DNA of 64,000 bases from Lama guanicoe (GCA_013239625.1 MU053379.1:3764866-3828865), one strand, 5' to 3'; counted from the first letter of the stretch, positions 34,701 through 47,985 are shown. A program made the numbers and translations. The notes: generated from the sequence alone by a model not told the origin.

Positions 34701-37700
34701 AGGGGGCTGTCGGCTGCGGCGGGGCCCCAGGTGCCGATCCCGTTGTTCTGAGACTGGGGCAGGGGCTTGCAACTTCAGGAATCGCGAGCTCAGGGATGGC
34801 TGCGTGTCAGCCACGCTCTGTTGTGGGAAGATGACCAAAGGCAGGACATCCCCCCGCCACCTGCTTCCATTCTCTTCCCAAAGCCTTGGTATTGACCTGG
34901 GCCTGGGGGTGATGGGGGAGCCCTAAGAAAGCCTGGGATCAAATGTATTGCCAGTCAGGTAGGGCGGGGGATTCAGGGTCAGAAATTAGAAAGAAATCAA
35001 GGAAGGGTGTTTCAAGCACGTCTGAGTTTATGCACGGAGATTCACACCTGCCAAGCGAGGACAATACTCTCCCCACCGAAGTCCCCATCAGTGTGACTCG
35101 AGGTGGCTTCTCCAGCAGCCATGTGCTCCTGCTCCCTCAGGGAGAGAGCCGATGTCTGAAAGTCTGGCTTCTGAGAACGGCACCCCAAAAACTCTCAGCT
35201 CGGATGCTTAGGGGCCACACAGAGGGCTTCCAAGTCAGGTGTGAGTGTGCGTGGCTGGTGGTGCGGATCCGCAGGGACGGACAGTTAAGGGCAGTCAACG
35301 GGGAGGCGCGCTGGGGCAGGGTCCGGGCGTGGACCGGCCAGCCGGCGTCACGGTGGACCAGGCACTCGAAACCCAGGACTCTGCAGCTGTGGGGACACAG
35401 ACCAGAGGTCAGCAAGCCACGCAGAATCAGGACATGCCTGCAGTTAGGGCTTACACACTTTGACAAGTAGCTGTTAAAAATGTCGAAGTGGAGAAGATAC
35501 AGAGAAAAGACTTAAAGACCAGGAAACCAGAAAACGTTGATGTAGATGGTTCGCTTCTACTTGGGAACCGGGCCTGAGGCCGGGGCCGGGGCTGGGGGAG
35601 GGGAGCTGCAGGCTGCAGCGCATTCTGGGAGGAGGCTGGGAGCCGGGCCTGCTTCCCGACCGAACCCCAGCAGGAGAGCCGGGGTTATGGGGCGGCTGTT
35701 ACGAGGGACGGAGGGGCCTGCATTTCAGCCTCAAGCTCAGAGGGGGAGCGTTAGGGGCGCAAAGCGGTGTCTTTGAGCTATTGCCCTGAGTCCCGGCAAA
35801 AGGAACGAATGCAAGGAAGCTGCTGGCAAAGGAGTGGAGGGTGACAGCCACCTGACTGGGGTGTCAGCTTGGAACCTGTGTGTGTGTGTTCACGTGTGTG
35901 TGTGTGCGCGCGTGCACGTATGGTGACGACCATAACTGGGAAGCCAGCTTGGAAAGACTTGGCTTTATCCACGTCCAGGGAGTTTGGGAACGAGTCTTCT
36001 GTCTTGGCCAGGAGGCAAAAGAAAAATGCAACTAGGAAAGGTTACTTTCAAGGGCCGGATTTAAAGAGTTGCTGTTTTGGAGAAAACCGAGAGAGAATTC
36101 TGAAAGCTTGGAAGAGCCAAGATGGTCTGAAGGGCGGTCTCTGACTTGTCTCTTTGTTTCTTAGTACTTCCTCTCATACAATTAAATTGTTTTTTGCCCT
36201 AAAAAGGTCACCAGGTGTTTGTTGGGACATTGGTTTTGTAAGAAATGCATCAAAGGACACTGAAAAAAAAACCCTCTAAATTTGTGGTCTTTGAAAGTGG
36301 AATTCTTCAGAAGTTTCACCTACTTCCAAAATGCTAAGATTCATACACTTTCACAACCTGCAAAATACGACACTATCGATAAGATGTTGTTTGTGCTGGG
36401 AAATCTCAACGGGAAAGACACGCACAGTGTCACAGAAGCTGGCCAAGAAGTGCTCGAACAGATGAAAGCAGGAACAGAAGCAAGTCGAAGGATGGTTTGA
36501 ATAACAACATATTGATAACAGATAATACAAACTTTTCTGATTAGGCTTCAGAAGAATCTGAATAGAAATGCATTGTTTGGAATGCGTACGCTTTGGTCTC
36601 AATAAAAATATCCGGTTGCAGAAATATTTCATGTGGTTTGAACTCGCCGGCCAAAAATTAAAAATTCATTGGTATACGCTAATAGATGTAATTTTATATC
36701 TTGGAGGTGAGTGTAACGGCATAGGTTCTCTGTAATGGGACTGATTGGAAAATGATCTCTTGGAGAAAATTTATTGCTGGTCGTAAGATTTCTTTGGTTT
36801 AGGAAAATGCTGGGTTTAGTAAAATCTGTAGCACCAAATGAAAGTCAGCTTTAATAAAAATGCGGATCTGAGAATTGTGGTTTTGGGGAAGGGGGCATTT
36901 GATCCATTAAAATTGTATTGGTTCATTCTCCACGTTGCCTTTTCCTGAAACCCATCAGTTTGAAGCAGGAAGGAAGCCTCTGCCAGGCATCACTCCAATA
37001 ATGAAGGAGAGACCACAGTCATCGTTAAAACGAGTCTTATTCATCAGCAGCGACTTGCTCCCTCCAAGGTTCTCACAATGGAAAACGAAGCAGCTGATTT
37101 TGCTTTTGTGGAAGATGGCAAAACAGTCATTTTATTGTCGAGAATCGGCTCGGCACCAGAGAGCTGAGTGATGGAAACATATCTGCAGAATTAGGTCATG
37201 CAGCTTCCCCCCCGCCCCCCGCTCCCCGCATCTTCTGCACCGAGCTCCCCAGCGCTCTGTCCGGGCAAAGCTGGGCTGGAGCCCTGATGGGGACTCTGCC
37301 ACTCTCCTTGGACAGGATCCCACGGTCTAATTGACCTTATTGTTAGGAAATTGTTCATAAAATTAGGAAACTCAGAGTAAACAGAGAACTCAGGCAGAGC
37401 CTTCTCACAGAGGGTCACGTACATATGGAATGAGTTACCGCGGAAAGGGACTGGGGCGAAGTGCACAAATACATTCAAGAGCCTCGCAGGTTCCTTTCTA
37501 CACGTGGGGGTGGGGAGGGGGAGACTAGCAGGAGTCAGATGCGTTTTGGAAGGTCAGGCAAATATGTCTTTAAGCTGGTGGACTATTCCCAAGGAAACGA
37601 TGCTTTGCTGCATGTTCTCATCTGTTTGGGGCCAACGAAGGTGGCAGGGTTGGACTCCCAGTGACAACTTTGATCCTGACACTGTCTCTGGGGTAAATGG

Positions 37701-37935
37701 TTTCCAGGGTAGAGGCTGGGCCGCCCCCTCCGCATCTGAGCAGAACAGATCGGCAGGAAGAGGGAGGGGTTTGTGATCTGAGAGCATCCCAGAAGCCCCG
37801 CACTGTCTTCAACTCTGTATTTCCATCTTGTTCTAAGCCAGGAAAGGGCTCTGCAGACTGTTGACCAGTCCTGTGGTAGGCTGGTTTCGTGGAAGACCTC
37901 ATCGCCTTCTCAGGGCACCCAGGTCAGAATTCCGA

Positions 37936-38165
37936 GCGTATGGGTTTGCTCTGGCTGCGGTAACAAAAGGCACAGGCTGGGCAGTTAAAACAGCGGGAAT
38001 CCATTCCTTCCCAGTAACAGAGGCTGGGCGTCCAAGGTCAAGATGCCGGCGGGTGGGTTTCTCCTGAGGCCTCTCTCCTTGGCCACCTCCTCCTGTGTCT
38101 TCGCATGGTCTTCCCTCTGCGTGTGTCTGTGTCCTGATCTCTTCTTCTTATAAGGACGCCATGTG
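37936..38165 (-). mobile_element. MLT1B-like LTR (truncated)
   Basis: 'gtttgctctggctgcggtaacaaa...gtccaaggtcaagatgccggcggg...cctgaggcctctctccttggc...catggtcttccctctgcgtgtgtctgtgtcctgatctcttcttcttataaggac'. Confidence 0.85.
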
Positions 38166-38170
38166 AGGTT

Positions 38171-38373
38171 AAATGTCCATCAACAGCGGACTGGATAAAG
38201 AAGCCGTGGTGTATTTATACAGTGGAGCACTACTCAGCATAAAAAAGAATAAAATAATGCCATTTGCAGCAACACGGATGGACCTAGAGATCGTCATTCT
38301 AAGTGAAGTGGGCCAGGCAGAGAAAGAAAAATACCATCTGACATCACTTATCTGTGGAATCTGAAAAAAAGAC
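38171..38373 (+). mobile_element. L1 ORF2 C-terminal fragment
   Basis: Translates '...IKKNKIMPFAATRMDLEIVILSEVGQAEKEKYHLTSLICGI*', the canonical LINE-1 ORF2p C-terminus. Confidence 0.95.
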
Positions 38374-38379
38374 AGCCGC

Positions 38380-38668
38380 TTCAGTGACCTCCATCTTTCC
38401 TGCCTGCACTTTGGTTCCTGCCCTTGTGTTTTAAATTTGCCACAAAAGCGTTACCTGCAAACCCCTGGGCTCCCCACCCTCAACCCCAGGAACAGCAGGA
38501 TCCCAGCCCCTGCCCCCCACTTGCCTCTTCCTTCCTTCTCTCTCTCTCCCCGTGGCCTTGCTGTGTGGCCCGGACGTGCCGTGGGCCCTCCAGGATCTGC
38601 GAGTAATAAGCCTTGCCTTTCCAAAGGTCCCCGATGCTTGTTACTGAGGTGTGTCCTGCAATCGTGAC
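38380..38668 (+). mobile_element. ERV LTR 3' part (family uncertain)
   Basis: R/U5-like 'ccttgctgtgtggcc...gccgtgggccctccaggatctgcgagtaataagcc' (polyA-like AATAAG) ending in 'gtgaca'. Confidence 0.5.
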
Positions 38669-40460
38669 AGACCCATGAGGGTGGCTTCTGCTGGGGGAAC
38701 GTCCGTGAGGGCTCGCCCAGGTGGTCCAGCCCAGGTGGCCCTGCTCCGGTGAGCGCCCCAGGCATGCCCAGCCACAGCATCCCTGCTGACAGGCTGAGGC
38801 CAGCGCCAGGTAGCGGTGCTACACGTGCCATTCCATCATTGCTGTTACTGTCCTCCCTTGAACTTGGACAAAAAGGCGTTCAGTGTTGGGGTTTCTCTTG
38901 AAATCAAGGGAAGCGCTGAGCGACCGGTCCAGGGGAGCGGACGCTGCCTCCCTTCCACTTCTCTTCCGTAGCCGGGGAGAGGTGGTGTCACCCAGAGAGG
39001 ACGGGGGTCCCAGACTCAGTCGTGAGAACAGTTTGCCCATCTGGTGGAATCAGGAAGCAGCCAAAGTCCACACATTCCTGGTCACTTGAGACTTTCTGAC
39101 TGTTTTACGTGCATCACAGTTGAGTGTAGATTAATTTGGGGAACATCACTGAGGCTTATTTCCAAGTGTCTCTAGACCATTTTATAGCCCAAATCTTTTC
39201 CCGGAAGATGTCTCTGCCGTTGGGGTCCACTTCCCTCCGGCACCGGATGGAAACTTCTCCGGCTTCTGAAAGGGTCAGAGGAGTTTTCCTGTCCGATCAC
39301 AGTGAGTGGGTTTTCTTGAACATGGACAGTAGTCCCTTAGCTTTGGTGTCGCCAGTGTGTTTTTTACACCCAGTACTAGAGAGTCAGATATTTGGAGAGT
39401 TGGTTCAAAGGAAATTTTCACTGGGATGGGGGACCGCTGAATATAGCCATGAGCTGGATTTGCCTGTCTGCTACCAAGTGCGTCTCTATGAATTCAGGTC
39501 AAATGCTTCCTCCTCCAGCCTTGTAACATCTTATCTCATCATCCTAGGACCTCAGCGTGATCGTGATGCTAACAAACTCGGGAAACTGAATGCGGCCAAG
39601 GGCGATGCCCTTGTTTCTAGAAGCTTGAAGGAGGCAGCAGATCGGTCAGGAAGCGTGGACCTCAGATGTGTTGATTTGGTCCATCCCGCCCAGAAATGTT
39701 TGTTCAGATCCTGCCACGCCTGGCCCCAGGGTCAGCGTGGCTGTGGAGCTGCGTTCTTGCCACGGCTCTTTGGTTTTGAGGAACAGAGCACGATGCAGTG
39801 GGCTCTTCTATGGGGCAGGCATTATGGGAGGGCACAGCGACGGGGCCCAGTGGGAGCAGGCTCTGGGAACTGGGAACTGGGCAACTCACTCACGCACGTG
39901 CCTGGCTGGCGATGCCGGCTGGTGGCTGGAGTCTCGGTGGGACTGTGGCTGGGACACCTGACAGCAGGGCGGCTGGAGCCCAACGCGGTGACACGACCTT
40001 GGCAAACATTTGCTTGTCTATCCTCCACGCCGGGCCCTGGGGGAGCAGAGGGCCCCCCCATCTGCCAGTCCTCCTACCTATGCCCCTCGTGAGGTGACTG
40101 TTTATTAGAGATGTACGCAGGTTCAGATAATGTCAGCTCTACTTAGAAGAACCATAATTTGAGAAGATAAAAAAGCCATTGCTGATGCTGATCTGAGAAA
40201 GGGCTGTGAGATGTATTCTCCTGTTTGCTTCTCTCGAACCCTCGATCGAGCAAACACCTCAGAGAGATGGCAGTGCTCCTCCACGTGGGCCACGCTGGTC
40301 ACTGCGACGTGAAATGTGAGTCACAGGAGACACGCTGGCCCCCAAAGGTGTCTTCTGTATCCTTCTCTGGGTACGCAAACCTGAGTTACATCAAACTGAA
40401 AGAACTGCTGAAATCCAGGCATTATGACAGGTCACTTAGCACCTGGGGTGTGAAACCAAG

Positions 40461-40541
40461 GTGTGCGGTGTGCGTGGTGTGTGCGTGTCTGAATGTGTGT
40501 GTGTTGTGTGTGTGTATCTGTGTGTCTGTGTGCGTATCCGC

Positions 40542-40573
<32 letters not shown>
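40461..40573. repeat. Imperfect (TG)n microsatellite
   Basis: Interrupted TG/CG run ending in a pure (TG)n tract. Confidence 0.9.
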
Positions 40574-40574
<1 letters not shown>

Positions 40575-42030
40575 AGCGGAGGCACAGGAGCTGTGCCCGC
40601 TGACCGGCGGCCCGCGAAGAGGGCCGGGCCCCGAGACCCGACGCCGCACCCGCCGGGCTGCCCTTCAGCGGCCTGTGGACCGGCTGTAACGCGGACGCTG
40701 AAAGTTGCTCAGTCTTTTCTTTAAAGGGGAAAAAAAAGATGGCTGGCATCTCGGAAGGCTTTTTGAATTATTTGCTCTAAAATCCTTTAGGTAAACAGAT
40801 TAAACCCGGGTCTGAAACGAGAGCGGCTGTTTATTGCGCGGACGCTCTGTTCTGCCCGCTGTTTAAGGGCAAGCAGATTAGAGGCCAGAGCGTCTCTGAG
40901 AGGCTCTCCTAAGCAGAGCGTGCGGAATCCCCATTGTCCCTTCTGCGCCCCTCGTCCCCCCTCATTTAGGTTTTCTACGGCTTTCAAAAGACAGGAGAGA
41001 GGAAAAGTTCTCTTTTCTAACCAGCGAGGCTCCCAGGCAGGCAGTGGGAGGCGTGACTGCTGCTGTCTCAAAGGAGAAGAGAGAGGTGACGCGTCCCCGG
41101 TCCAGGGGACCCTGGCCCGGCAGGGAGCGCGGTGCTCGCTTCAGGGTCCCCCAGGATGCTTTTTCCTCCCCTGAGAGCTACATGTAAAACATTACTCTAT
41201 AAGAAAAAGGACAGTGCATCACTGGGCTTTCTGAGACTCTGCTGGTCCCGTGGGGTAGAACAGGGGCTGGGTGACATTAAGGGGCTGGCACTGAGGTCTA
41301 CACGGGGCTGGCAGGCGTGTGGGAGTCTAGTTTCAGCCTTAATAAAGGCCATTTTTATAATTCTCAGCGGAGCAGTGAAGACATCCCTCCCTTCCCCCAC
41401 TGCACCGGTTTCACAAATGCAGATGTGGCTTTTAAAGACGTCTGCCTGGCACTGTTAGAGTTCTGAAGCAAAGTGGTTCATTCTGACAGGGAAACAGAAT
41501 CCCCCTCCCAGACCTGTCCTGCCTCCCCTCCCCCAACCCCGCAGTCCGGGGGAGCCGTGGGCGGAGAGGTCGGGGCTTTTCCAGAGCCGGCCGGGCAGCC
41601 CTTCCCAGGGCGTCCCACGCTGTCAGACTCCCGTGTTCATACCCACCTGCCCAGGAGAGGTCACACTTCTATAGATGTTCTTGACTCTGCCTCCAGATTA
41701 GATCATTTGCCACTTTGTGGGTTTCAGATGACTCGGTGGGGTGGGCAGGTGACATATTTACCTTCTCAGCAGCCTTTGGGCACGACTGAAGCTGCTTAGG
41801 GTTTGGAAGTTAAAAACCTGGACTTGGTCCCAGCTTGGCCCCTTGTTCACTTATTCAGTCAACAAACACTGAAAGCGGCTGCGTCCAGGCCCGGTCCCCG
41901 CTGCGGAGCCGCGCGGGGAGTCCTCAGGGCTCCCGATCTCGGGGCCTCCCTCTAACGCTGCACTTTCCGTAGTGGAGACACAAGAAGCCATGGTGGAGGA
42001 CCAGCTGTTAAACTGAGAAAATCCCTCATG

Positions 42031-42259
42031 ATCTGCAGACGCTAACTACTGTGTGTAAAACAGGTAAACAGCCAGCTTATTCTGTGTAGCACAGGGAACC
42101 ATATGCAACATCTTGCGATAACCTGTGATGAAAAGGAGCAGGAAAAGGAGTATGCGTGTGTGTCCATGCGTGCCTGAGACATGACGCTGTGCGCCAGAAA
42201 CTGACACATGGTAAACTGACTAGATGGCAGTAAACACTAAATAAATAAAAAAAGGGGAA
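42031..42259 (+). mobile_element. 5'-truncated lineage-specific L1 3' end with target-site duplication
   Basis: L1 3' UTR plus A-rich tail, flanked by 'aaaatccctcatg' (42018-42030) and 'aaaacccctcatg' (42260-42272), a 13-bp TSD with one mismatch. Confidence 0.9.
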
Positions 42260-44543
42260 AAAACCCCTCATGGATCAATACTTCTGCAAACTGCAGCAGA
42301 GCTCAGTTACTAGGAAAACGAAGCAAACAGCAAGGGCCTGCGGACGACAAGGCCCAGGTTGGTGCGTGTCAGATCCCACGAGCGTGAAGCCGCTCCATCA
42401 AAGCGGCCAAAGGCCTGCCCTCCACTTCTGCGCTCTCTCCTGTGGGCTGGGGAGCCTGAGAGCAGCGCCAGCTGCAGGGCCCCGCTCTGAGCATCCCTGG
42501 TCCAGGACATGGTGCGCGTGACCCTGGGAGGGCAGTGCCAGCTCGACCCCAGGACGTGGGTGTGACAGAGCTGCCCGGCGGTGGACCTGGACCTCCTCAG
42601 CAGGCGCCCCTCTCTCCTCCCCTGGCCAGAGCCCCACTCCTCACTGTGCACTCGCCACACCCCCTGCCTGGGAGCCGACCCCACGTCCGGGTCTGTGTGA
42701 GCCTACATGGTGCAGGAGGAGGCAGCTGATGGGGTCCCGCGTGGTGAGCTGCAAGGCAAGCTGGGCTGTGCGTCTCTGGGACGGTTCCCTTTGCTCTTCT
42801 GAGAGAACTTCCAGGAGCTTCCTCCGTCTCTTTCCTGCTCTCTGGAGCCAGGAAGCATGAAGCCCAGACGGCTGGGCCCTGAGGAGAACCGGCCTTCAGG
42901 TGGATGCTGGCTGCCCAAGAGGAGGGCAGAAAGGAAGTGGGTTCTTGAAAACACTGTTAATTGTCCCGGAAGCCCTGCAGTCACGTGGCCAAGTGTTCCT
43001 TTCTCATTCACCCAAACTTCCAAGGGCTAACCCTGTGCACAGGGTCGTTGTTAAGGCCAAAGAGAAGGATATTTTTACTATGTCTGAGCCAGGGATGATG
43101 TTAAAGATCCTTAGCGAGTCTAGCCCGGCCAGGGGCTCAGGCTGCAAGTCACCAGCGCTGCCCGCCTCAGGCCACCTGAAACCCTTGTCAACAGTTTTCA
43201 TTTTTCGTTCTTCTCTCCTCGGAGGACAGGAGCAGCTCATGCGCATGCAGATGGCCCCTTATCCTGACCTGCATTCACTAGCAAGATGCTAGGGTTCACC
43301 AAGCTGTCTTAATGCCTTCCCTCCTTAGACAGGACCTTGTGTTCCCCTTGTGACCGTGAGTGTCCTGGCAAGAGTGAGTGTGACGAGCTTCTTTGCTGTG
43401 GGGGCAGCCACGCAGGAGGATGGTGTTTCACTGTGGCCGGCGAGCCCCGGTCAGAACTGGAGGTGGGGCAGGTCTGCTTCAGCCTCCTTGCCTCTTCTGG
43501 TCCTTGCTTGTCTCAGGACTCTGCCTCCCCAGAAAAATATTCCATATTAAAGTTTGAGGGAACTTTACTTAATTTTAACTTATCCTTTTTTAGAGGAGAG
43601 TGTTTTTGCGTTGTAAGGGAGTCCAAGGGAGAAGCCTTGCTCTGCCCAAAGACTGGCAGGCAAGGGTCACTGATGGAGCCTGGCCGGTGCCTCGGACATG
43701 TCCGCCCACCCAGAATCTGACTCCAAGTCATCTCCTGGGAATCGGAGACACGGGAAAGCAGAAGCTGCGAAGAAAGAACGAGAGAAGAGATGAAGGAAAG
43801 CGAGGAGCAGCCGGAAATGCAAAGGAGAGGGATGAAGCAGCTGGAGAAGGGAACAGACTGCTGTTGGCGATGGTTTCGAACAAGACCGAGCAGCCTTACT
43901 CGGCTCTTGTCGCCGCAGGACCGTGCTTCTGGGAGCCAGGGGTTTTAATCAAAAGATAGAGTCAGTTTTACTTGAGCAAATGTATCTGAAAAGAGCTGAG
44001 ATCAGTGTCACATCCCCTCTGCTTCCAGCTTGAGCAGCTCTGCAGCCCTGCCCTGGTCCCCAGCCCTTTCATGTACATTTGGATTTCCAATTAACCAACA
44101 GATGTGGGAGGAAGACTGCTGGCCCGGCCAGAGAGGTCCCGTATGACCACACGTGTGCAAATACGGAGGCTCACAAATCATTGGGGCCGGCTCAGCTGTC
44201 GCTCACGTGACCCCCTCCACTGCCTGCATCCCTTGGCAGGGAGACTTTGTGACGGGGACGGAGCCGGGGCCGGCAGGAGCGCGCAGAGATTTGACTGTCG
44301 GGATGAGCTTGATCATTTTACTGCCTCGAATTTCTCTTTCTCACAAAACTTGAGGAGCAGGAACACTGTCTGGGAGACTGTAACAGAAAGTATATTCCTC
44401 CATGGACTTACAGCAGCGTGATCAACAAAGAATAAAAGGGGCTGTCAGACCCAGATGCGATGGGTTTGGGTAAAGCGGTTTACCTGCCTCCGAACAGAGT
44501 TCTCCTCTAGTTGTGTTAGACTTTTTTTTTTTTTTTTTTTTTT

Positions 44544-44678
44544 NNNNNNNNNNNNNNNNNNNNNNNNNNNNNNNNNNNNNNNNNNNNNNNNNNNNNNNNN
44601 NNNNNNNNNNNNNNNNNNNNNNNNNNNNNNNNNNNNNNNNNNNNNNNNNNNNNNNNNNNNNNNNNNNNNNNNNNNNNN
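44544..44678. other. Assembly gap (135 N) between poly-T tracts
   Basis: Run of N read directly. Confidence 1.
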
Positions 44679-45209
44679 TGTTAGATTTTTTTTTTTTTTT
44701 TTTTTTTTACGTTTCCAAAGATCAAGGAAGAGGTTCATGAATTTCTGGAACATCAAACAGCTCTCAAAAATGTCAACAGCATCAGTGTAAAACTAATAAA
44801 AATACGGCACAGATTTAGCACTTGTATGTAAAGGAAATATAAAAACCGGGAAAGAGAAGCATATGGAAAAGCATGTTTGGGGTTCGAGTAGGTCAACCCC
44901 ACCTATTACTGCAAACAAGAACCAGAGCGTTTCTGGTGGGAATGTCGGGAAAAGATGATTGACCTGAGAAAAAAGTGACAGTGCCCCCTCCCCGCCCCGC
45001 CCCGCGCCTTTTGCTCGGACAACGCTGAACTTGAAAATGGACTTCGGCTTTGGCCAGCGCCTCTGGCAGTCTGAGCAGGGAAGGGTTGCAGACCTTAATT
45101 TCTTTCCCAGCCTCCAGCAGGGAGGCAAGCCCGCTCTGGCGTGGAGTCAGTGTCCCCGCCGGCCCGTCCAAGAGGAATTGGGATGGGCGTGCGTTTGGGA
45201 ACAGATGTC

Positions 45210-45345
45210 TGGGAGCCTTTGAGGAGCTATCACCCGCCTCTGAACCTCAATTTCTGCATAGAGAACGTGGGGCCAAAAAACCCTTGCTCACCGGTTTCTT
45301 GGGAGCGTTCAGTGACATAACACATGGAAAGTGCCTGCACACAGG
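45210..45345 (+). mobile_element. MIR fragment
   Basis: 'cctctgaacctcaatttctgcatagagaacgtgggg...cagtgacataacacatggaaagtgcctgcacacag'. Confidence 0.65.
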
Positions 45346-45356
45346 TGACGCCTAGG

Positions 45357-45560
45357 CCAGCCCCGTCCAGCGGAACTTTCTGCGACCAAAGATGTGTTTC
45401 ATGTTCCGGGCTGTCCGACAGAGCAGCCTCCAGCCTCGTGGGCCCATCGGGCACTTGAAATGTGACTAGCACTTCCAAGGAAATCAGTTTTCAATTTTAT
45501 TTAATTTTAAATAATTAAAGAGTCACGTGTGACCAGCGGCTGCTGTGTCGGGGGGTGCGG
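45357..45560. mobile_element. MER3 hAT-Charlie MITE
   Basis: 'gtccagcggaactttctgcga...gggcacttgaaatgtgactag...tcaattttatttaattttaa...gtcacgtgtgaccagcggctgc'. Confidence 0.85.
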
Positions 45561-47796
45561 CTCTGGACAGCACGGCGCATGTTGATGATAACGAGGACTG
45601 TCTTGGTTTCCTTTCCTCAGATTGGAGTCTCACGTTTCATGCTCCGTGGTGGGGAGGTGGGGGGCTGTGGGGGGGTCGGGTGGGACTGTCGCTGTATTTG
45701 GAACACATGGCTCTTGGGTGGGGTTAGGTCCTGGCTGGGTCCCTGTGCCTGTGGCCACCTGTGATGGGGTCAGCTTGGAGTCCGGTTGTTCTTTGGTTCC
45801 ACCTTCTCCCAACCAGGCCGGCGGAGCCGTCAGGGAGAAGCAGGCGTTCCGCGTACGGAACCTACCATTCCTTCCTTTGGGTCTGGTCGGCTTCTGTCTC
45901 CGTGGCAACTCATCCCTTTTTGAATGTTTCTTTTATAACCCAAAACTGATGGTCATAGGACTGGCTGGAGTTCAAGATGGCCCAGTACTTACAGCGGCCA
46001 CAAGGTCTCCGCATGCCGTCACAGATAATGAGGTAGAAGGGGATACTCTGATTGAGTTCAAGGATCATCGGAACATCCTGTGGACTTGAGAACGTTTCCC
46101 GAGGAGGGAGGCACTGAGGAGCGGCCCGACGCGCGTAAGGGGCTTTCCTTGAAGGCTGTCAGCCGAATGCATGGGCAGGACACCTATGATTAAGGTCCTC
46201 ACAAGAGAAATGTGACCGATTGGTGCCACTGAAGGATGACTGTGACTGGAACTTTCTTCCTCTTTGCATATCTGAAAATTTCCTTAAATTTTGGCAAAGG
46301 GAACCTGCAAGGGGATTTATTAGTTCTCTTCTACTCGTATTTCCTAATCTTCCAAATGTGCCAAGTGGCACAAGCGCCTTGGCCTCTGAGGGATCCAGCG
46401 GTTTCTCTCCAAGTGCACAGGGCGTACACATGGGGCTCCTGCTCAAAGTGGCTGTAACAGCATCCTTGCTTCATGCAACCTCCCCTCTCCAGAAAGCTGT
46501 TACATCTGGTCCTTTCAAATGCACAGTGAAGAGAGGCTCCTGAGGAACAAGACAAGACGCCCAAGGTCACGGGACGCATCGCAGCTGGGCATCTGAGTAA
46601 CTAAAAGGTGAGACGCACTTGTTGGCCAGGGTTGATGTAATAACCCAGCTACTGGGGACAGAAGGTGAACCACTTGGTAAAAGAACCAGGAACACAGCTG
46701 GAAGGGAGAAGAAGAAGAAGACAGATGGGGCACAAGACGGGAGCACCGGGAAGCAGAGACAGTGGTGGGGGTCTTGGCACTGGGTGGGCTCCAGCTTCTT
46801 CCAACCAGCGAAGAGGAGCCCATCGGGAGGCACGGGGAATCGCCACCCAGGAGCCAACATCTTTCCTTTCGGCCTGGCCATCCAGAAAAGCAGGAAGGAG
46901 GGGGAGGTGGCTGGGTGCTACAAAAGCGTCACAGGACATGGGAAAGTGACCAAGGCGGGTGGGCAGACCCCCCTGGGGTTCCAGCTCTATTGCATCACGC
47001 TTCCTAAGTGATGACAAGAGAAGCTCCGTGAACATTTATGCTGATGATACTATTTTGGGCTTGTGTTCATTTTAATCCAAGTGCTATTCTTGTCATGTCC
47101 GTTTTATTTTCCATTTATAGAGATTGCCTCAATTATTTATTTTTTGTATTGGATACGTTGATGTATTTTTCTAAACTGCCTCCTGTTTAGAGTCCGTATA
47201 TCTGTTAAACTTAGAATTTGACACTTTCAATCCACAGAGCACCATTTTGTACATTTAGAGTGAAGAACCGTATTTAATATTCTCTGCTTCTGAAAGCAGA
47301 TAATTATGTCTTATTTTAAAAGATAGCCATGAAATGGTTACTTTTTTAAACTTGAGACTCTGTAGAGCTAGACTTGAGTTACCTAGTTATCTGGACAATT
47401 CAGGCCCACGGGACAGCTGGTCCCCAGCGGTCTGCAGAGCAGATGTCACTGAATTTACAAATACGGTGTCCTGCTCTGTTTCTGCCTTCTCTCCAAGTTT
47501 GAGAATGTAAATGGTGCTCATTTAAGATGCAATTCAGGTTTAGAGGGTAGCAGTTTAGCCAGCTTAGATCATAGCTGGACTAGAGCAGACAGCTCTAAGG
47601 ATGTCAATGCATTTGACCTGACCCAATCCTAGATTTAGTCTAATCCTCAGTCTAATGTCCTTGGTCCCCACACCTGACATGCTCCCTGACCGCCTACCAC
47701 TAAAGCTGGGTGATGTTTGGGGCTGATCTCCCCTGCAACTTCAGAAGACAAAGGCCTCCTTCAAAGCTGCCATGAAAGACTTTGTAATTTTCCACG

Positions 47797-47985
47797 TCTG
47801 TTAGTCTGCTCCGACTGCCATAACCAAATCCCATAGACTGGGTGGCTTGAGCAACAGACATTTATTTTCTCACAGTTCTGGAGGCTGGGAAGTTCAAGGT
47901 CAAAGTGGCAAGCAATTTGGTTTCTTACGAGGTCTCTTCCTGGCGTGGAGATGGCAGCCCTCCAGATAGACGTCCTCACATAGCA
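47797..47985 (-). mobile_element. MLT1A-like LTR fragment
   Basis: 'ctgccataaccaaatcccatagactgggtggcttgagcaacagacatttattttctcacagttctggaggctgggaagttcaaggtcaaagtg'. Confidence 0.85.

Noticed and set aside
38173..38364. ORF with real protein similarity
   Set aside because: LINE-1 ORF2p C-terminal remnant, not a host gene
39136..40092. Longest ORF in the track (318 aa)
   Set aside because: Starts at TTG, has no recognisable domain or exon structure and crosses degenerate repeat-like sequence
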